Below, in pieces: positions 59,574-64,000 of a stretch of 64,000 nt of DNA (its first letter is position 1; every line of letters starts with the position of its first letter). The notes below the pieces were generated by a model. That model was not told where the DNA came from and did not search any database. It saw only the letters and a program-made list of their open reading frames with translations. The stretch spans positions 160,001 to 224,000 of the forward strand of contig JBKBRF010000004.1 in the NCBI GenBank assembly GCA_046292385.1, given 5' to 3'. The translations under genes were made by a program, and so were the position numbers. This DNA is from Armatimonadota bacterium. GTDB taxonomy: Bacteria > Armatimonadota > SYMT01.

Positions 59574-59871
59574 AGGGTTTAGGGTTTAGGGTTTAGGGTT
59601 TAGGGTGTGGGGCCGGCGATGGCGTGCTGCGCCAATCGATTACGGCTACTCCTGCTCTTACTCTTGCTCCTGCTCCTGCTCGCTGGCGACCACCGGTGCT
59701 CCGGCCGTCTCCGTCAGCCCGCCCAGAACCCGCCTGTCCCCCGAGCCGCGTCCTGGGTGCCGGCGATCCATCCCCCCGCCGCAGGTGAGCAGTCGCCTTC
59801 GCACGGCGGCCCCGTTCCCACAGACCTAAACGCTACCCCCTAACCGCTACACGCTGTACAGCGCTACACGC
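59574..59871 (+). repeat. Composite heptamer + hexamer repeat element, copy 2, with (AGGGTTT)4 and an inverted heptamer array
   Basis: (AGGGTTT)x4 at 59574-59601; hexamers plus CTCGCTGGCGAC at 59649-59690; CTAAACG CTACCCC CTAACCG CTACACG at 59826-59853. Confidence 0.75.
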
Positions 59872-59889
59872 TTTGGCAAAGCCCCAACG

Positions 59890-59898
59890 TGATACAAT
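59890..59898 (+). promoter_or_regulatory. Extended -10 promoter candidate
   Basis: TGaTACAAT about 70 bp upstream of the next start. Confidence 0.45.
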
Positions 59899-59969
59899 CG
59901 AATGGTTTTTGACGCGCCGCCGCGGCCCCGAGGGGGTGCATGCGGCGCATTGATGCAGGAGGCTCTCGG

Positions 59970-60437
59970 ATGGCGGAGGTCGCCAAGCCCGCTCCCCCGC
60001 ACGGCCGCTACAAGCGACGCCTGGCGGATGCGGACTTCAGCCTGGAAGCGAACACAGAGTCGGTGCCCGCGGACGGCAGGTTCTATGTAATGCGGAACGA
60101 CGAAGTGGTGATGGCTTCGGAGGACTTCGAGGAAGCGACCACCGAGTACCACCGCCTTTGCCGCGGCTTCTGGGAAGCCCGTCTGGAAGATCCGTCGCCG
60201 CAGGTGCGGGTTGCCGCCGCCTGGGGGCTGCTGGGTCTCGATTCCGGCAACAAGCAGGCGCAGGCGATCATCCAGCAGGACGGCACCCCGCAGGAGAAGA
60301 AGCGCCTGGAGCAGGCCCAGTCGCGCCGCCGCGCACTGCGGGCCCGCAATGCTCCCAAAGTCGCGCGGGAGAAGCCGCAGGAAGAAGAGAGCAGCGACGC
60401 CTCCGAGAAGGAAGAGAGCGAGTCCGAAGACGAATAG
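59970..60437 (+). CDS. Hypothetical protein with acidic tail
   Basis: GGAGG RBS; one HEAT-like unit (DPSPQVRVAAAWGL). Confidence 0.7.
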   Translation: MAEVAKPAPPHGRYKRRLADADFSLEANTESVPADGRFYVMRNDEVVMASEDFEEATTEYHRLCRGFWEARLEDPSPQVRVAAAWGLLGLDSGNKQAQAIIQQDGTPQEKKRLEQAQSRRRALRARNAPKVAREKPQEEESSDASEKEESESEDE

Positions 60438-60476
60438 CCTCGGCTCGCACCACGCTTTTCGGCCGCGCCGTCCGGA

Positions 60477-61319
60477 TCACGATCCCGGACGGCGCGGCCG
60501 GCTTCGTTTCTGGCTGCTGAAGAGATAGAAGAGCGGCTGGCCGAAGCGGTCCTTGCCGAAAGAAGAGACCACCTTTCGGGCTGCCGGGCTCTGCAGATAG
60601 CGGACGAACGCCGCCGCTCCCTCCGCGTTCAGCGCGGGGTGCTTCCGCCGGTCGACCGCGATCACCGCGTACGGGTTCCGCAGCTCCCCGCCGCCCTGGT
60701 AAAGCACCTGCAGGCGCAGCCGCCGCTTCAGGGCGAGAAAGGTGGCGCGGTCGGTGAGCGTGTAGGCCGCACGCTCGGAGGCCATCCGCAGCGTCTCTCC
60801 CATGCCGGAGCCGGCGGAGACATACCAGCGGCCCCGCGGCGCGATCCTGGCCGCCGACCAGAGCTCCTGCTCCTTCTGGTGCGTGCCGGACTGGTCCCCA
60901 CGGGAGATGAACGGCGCCGTCCCCCGGGAGAGGGCGGTCAGCGCCGCCGCCGCCGAGCGCGCTCGCTTTACGCCGCTCGGATCGTCGGCCGGGCCGGCGA
61001 GGATGAAGTCGTTGTAGAACACGGGGATGCGCCAGACTCCGTGCCCCTGCCGCACGAACTCCGCCTCCGCTCTTGGGGCGTGGACCAGCAGCACGTCGGC
61101 ATCGCCGCGCCGCCCCAGCTCCAGCGCCTGGCCGGTGCCGACCGCGATCACCTTCACCCGCAGGCCCGATTGGCGCTCGAACGGCGGCACCAGCGTGTCG
61201 AGGAGGCCGCTGTCCTCCGTCGAGGTGGTGGTCGCGAGGATCAGCTCCCCGGGAGCCGCCGGGAGGGCTCCGGCAGTGAGGAGCGCGAGCAGGAGCGCGA
61301 GGCAGGATCTTCGGAGCAT
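60477..61319 (-). CDS. tupA: Tungstate ABC transporter substrate-binding protein
   Basis: ATTTSTEDSGLL, GTGQAL, FISRGDQSGTH, YTLTDRAT. Confidence 0.9.
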   Translation of the reverse strand: MLRRSCLALLLALLTAGALPAAPGELILATTTSTEDSGLLDTLVPPFERQSGLRVKVIAVGTGQALELGRRGDADVLLVHAPRAEAEFVRQGHGVWRIPVFYNDFILAGPADDPSGVKRARSAAAALTALSRGTAPFISRGDQSGTHQKEQELWSAARIAPRGRWYVSAGSGMGETLRMASERAAYTLTDRATFLALKRRLRLQVLYQGGGELRNPYAVIAVDRRKHPALNAEGAAAFVRYLQSPAARKVVSSFGKDRFGQPLFYLFSSQKRSRPRRPGS

Positions 61320-61322
61320 GCG

Positions 61323-62030
61323 TTACCAGACCATCTGACCGGAGAGGAAGTCGCGAGCCGCGGGGGAGGCTTCCCGGCCGAAGAACCGCTCGGCCGCGCT
61401 CTGCTCCGCCACTTCGCCGCGCAGCAGCAGGACCACCTCCGAGGCGACCCGGTGCGCCTGCGAGGGTGCGTGCGTGACCCACACGACGGTCGTGCCCCGC
61501 TCCGCCTGGACTTCCCGCACCAGCTCCTCGAAGAGCGCCACGTTTTCCGGGTCAAGGTTGGCGGTCGGCTCATCGAGCAGCAGCACCTCCGGCTCGAGCA
61601 GCAGCGTGCGGGCGAGCGCAACCCGCTGTGCCTCTCCGCCGGAGAGAGTGCGGGCCGACTGGCGCGCCCGCTCCGCCAGCCCCAGGCGCTCCAACAGGGG
61701 GAGGGCACGGGCCGCGGCGTGCCGCTCGCCCCGAAGACGCAGCCCCAGGCTGGCGTTGTGCAGCACGCTCCCGCGGATCAGGATCGGCCGCTGGAAGAGC
61801 AGCGCGCAGGTGGGCGGTCGCGGCGGTTGCCTCCGCCAGGTCACCTCGCCCGCGTCGGGACGCTGGAGCCCTGCCAGCAGACGGAGCAGCGTACTCTTGC
61901 CGGCGCCGCTGGGGCCGAGCAAGGCGGTAGTCGTGGCCACGGGGAGAATCAGCCGCGGGATGCGGAGCGCCGCGCGGGAGCCGTAGCGCACCTCCACTGC
62001 GGTGAGGGTCAGCTCGCCCCTGGAGCTCAC
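61323..62030 (-). CDS. tupC: Tungstate ABC transporter ATPase
   Basis: GPSGAGKS, LSGGEAQR, LLLDEPTANLD. Confidence 0.85.
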   Translation of the reverse strand: MSSRGELTLTAVEVRYGSRAALRIPRLILPVATTTALLGPSGAGKSTLLRLLAGLQRPDAGEVTWRRQPPRPPTCALLFQRPILIRGSVLHNASLGLRLRGERHAAARALPLLERLGLAERARQSARTLSGGEAQRVALARTLLLEPEVLLLDEPTANLDPENVALFEELVREVQAERGTTVVWVTHAPSQAHRVASEVVLLLRGEVAEQSAAERFFGREASPAARDFLSGQMVW

Positions 62031-62692
62031 CGCTCCGCCCGTCCCTGCAGCAGGAGCAGCAGCGCGCTCGCCATCAGGGTGACACCCAGTAGCACCACGC
62101 CGAGACCCAGCGCCAGCTCGAAGTGGCCCTGCCGGGTCTCCAGCACGATGGCGGTGGTGACCACGCGGGTCTCGCCCTTCACGTTGCCGCCCACCATCAT
62201 CACGGCGCCGACTTCGCTGATGACGCTGCCGAAGCCGGCGATCAGCGCCGCCACGATGCCGCCGCTCGCCTCTCGCAGGACCAGGAGGCCTTCCTGCCAC
62301 GGCTGCGCGCCGAGCGCGCGGAGCTGGAGGCGGAGCTCCGGGTCAACTCCACCGACCGCGGCGGCGGAGAGGGAGGCGATCACCGGGAAGGCGATCAGCG
62401 TCTGCGCCAGGACCATGCCCTCGGGGGAGAAGAGCCAGCCGAGCGCGCCGAGCGGGCCCTCCCGGGAGAGCAGCAGGTAGAGGGCGAGGCCGACCACCAC
62501 CGGCGGCAGCCCCATTCCGGTGTAGAGCAGCGAGAGGACGGTCCCCCGCCCACGAAAGCGGAAGAGCCCCACCACGGCGCCCGTCGGGATGCCGGCGACC
62601 GCCGCGAGGGCGGTCGCCAGGCCGGTGACCTGCAGCGTGAGCAGGACGATCTGCCGCAGTTCGCCGTCTACCCCATGTCCGGGGTCCGCCAC
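62027..62692 (-). CDS. tupB: Tungstate ABC transporter permease (start uncertain)
   Basis: MGLPPVVVGL, ISEVGAVMMVGGN, TRVVTTAI. Confidence 0.88.
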   Translation of the reverse strand: MADPGHGVDGELRQIVLLTLQVTGLATALAAVAGIPTGAVVGLFRFRGRGTVLSLLYTGMGLPPVVVGLALYLLLSREGPLGALGWLFSPEGMVLAQTLIAFPVIASLSAAAVGGVDPELRLQLRALGAQPWQEGLLVLREASGGIVAALIAGFGSVISEVGAVMMVGGNVKGETRVVTTAIVLETRQGHFELALGLGVVLLGVTLMASALLLLLQGRAER

Positions 62693-63999
62693 GCCCGCCC
62701 GTCACGCGCCAGCAGCGCATCCGCCTCCGCCGGGCCCCACGAGCCGGCGGGATACTGGGGCAGCGATTCACACTCGTCGTCTTCCCAGCAGGTCAGGATC
62801 GGGTCGATCAGCTCCCAGGAGAGCTCCATCCAGTCGTCCCGGCTGAAGAGCGTGATGTCGCCGAGCATACAGTCGAGGAGCAGCCGCTCGTACGCGTCCG
62901 GCGGCTCCGCCTCGAACTCCTGCTGGTAGTCGAACCGCATGTGGACGGGCCGGATCTTCATCCCCGAGCCGGGCACCTTCACCCCGAAGCGCAGCCCGAT
63001 CCCCTCGTTCGGCTGGATGCGGATTGTCAGCACGTTCCGCTCCGGCGCGGTATCGCCGAAGCCGCGGAAGAGCAGGTGCGGCGCCCGGCGGAAGTGGATC
63101 GACACCTCCGTCACGCGGCACGGCAGCCGCTTACCGGAGCGCAGGTAGAACGGCACGCCGGCCCACCGCCAGTTCTCGATGCTCCACTTGACGGCGGCGT
63201 AGGTCTCGGTTCGTGACGCCGGCGCCACGCCCGGCTCCTCTTTGTAGCCCGGGACCGCCTTGCCGTCGATCTCCCCGGCGGAGTACTGGCCGCGGGCCGT
63301 CCACTCCGGCACCTCTTCCACGGAGATGGGGCGGATCGCCTCCAGCACCTTCGTCTTCTCGTTGCGGACGGCACGGTGGTCCATCGAGGCGGGCGGCTCC
63401 ATCGCCACCAGGCAGAGCACCTGCATCAGGTGGTTCTGAACCATGTCCCGCAGCGCGCCGGCTTCCTCGTAGTAGGCGCCGCGGCCCTCTACCCCCAGCT
63501 CTTCGGAGACCGAGATCTGCACGTGGTCCACGTAGCGGCGGTTCCAGATCGGCTCGAAGATGCCGTTCGCGAACCGGAAGACCATCAGGTTCTGGACCGT
63601 CTCCTTGCCCAGGTAGTGGTCGATCCGGTAGATCTGGTGCTCCCCGAAGACCTGCTTCAGCTCCTGGTTCAGCTCCCGCGCGGAGCGCAGGTTGTGACCG
63701 AACGGCTTCTCCACGATTACGCGCGCCCAGCCGCCCTTGCCTTCCTCCGCCGCCAGGCCGGAAGCGCCGAGCTGCTGCACGATCTCCGCGTAGCCGCTGG
63801 GCGGGGTGGCAAGGTAGAAGAGGTTGTTGCCGCAGGAGCCGCGCTCGTCGCAGAGGCGGTCGAGCAGCGCGCTCAGCTGCTGGTAGCAGTCCGGCTGGTC
63901 GTACCGCCCCTGCAGATAGAAGAGCCCCGCGGAGAACGTCTCCCACTCCGCCTCGTCAACCTGGCGGAAGCGGGAGTGGCGCTCCGCCGCCTCGCGCGC
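62668..63999 (-). CDS. zwf: Glucose-6-phosphate 1-dehydrogenase; 5' end outside the window
   Basis: EKPFG, RIDHYLGKETVQN, RDMVQNH, GVPFYLRSGK, YPAGSWGP. Confidence 0.95.
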   Translation of the reverse strand, partial: AREAAERHSRFRQVDEAEWETFSAGLFYLQGRYDQPDCYQQLSALLDRLCDERGSCGNNLFYLATPPSGYAEIVQQLGASGLAAEEGKGGWARVIVEKPFGHNLRSARELNQELKQVFGEHQIYRIDHYLGKETVQNLMVFRFANGIFEPIWNRRYVDHVQISVSEELGVEGRGAYYEEAGALRDMVQNHLMQVLCLVAMEPPASMDHRAVRNEKTKVLEAIRPISVEEVPEWTARGQYSAGEIDGKAVPGYKEEPGVAPASRTETYAAVKWSIENWRWAGVPFYLRSGKRLPCRVTEVSIHFRRAPHLLFRGFGDTAPERNVLTIRIQPNEGIGLRFGVKVPGSGMKIRPVHMRFDYQQEFEAEPPDAYERLLLDCMLGDITLFSRDDWMELSWELIDPILTCWEDDECESLPQYPAGSWGPAEADALLARDGRAWRTPDMG

Positions 64000-64000
64000 T

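Noticed and set aside
59574..59605. Eukaryotic telomere or contamination
   Set aside because: Only four units, embedded in continuous bacterial sequence and related to local heptamer repeats
1..64000. CRISPR arrays, tRNA/rRNA genes, transposases
   Set aside because: No regularly spaced direct repeats, cloverleaf signatures or transposase motifs seen by eye; a dedicated scan was not possible

Overview
GC-rich bacterial chromosomal window with about 55 genes and no rRNA, tRNA, CRISPR array or intact transposase that I can recognise. The gene mix (SigH-type sigma factor, two DUF1501 proteins, a prepilin/H-X9-DG protein, many Tat-exported hydrolases, an outer-membrane barrel) suggests Armatimonadota; this is inference. 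Recognisable modules: an assimilatory nitrate/nitrite operon with a phased GlnR-like operator, a divergent DEAD-box helicase/RRM pair, sdpR-sdpI, xerD, tupBCA and partial zwf. Most interesting: (1) a compositionally foreign, apparently cytoplasmic fusion of a trypsin-like protease and an S1/P1 nuclease whose catalytic Trp1 is internal, a candidate protease-activated nuclease or defence system; (2) a roughly 280-bp intergenic element in four diverged copies with compensatory base changes; (3) a PlsY fused to an acyl-ACP-reductase-like domain; (4) a signal peptidase I with Cys at the catalytic Ser position; (5) a gene hidden by an in-frame TAG; (6) a second family of composite heptamer/hexamer repeats, including a G-quadruplex-capable (TTTAGGG)n tract.
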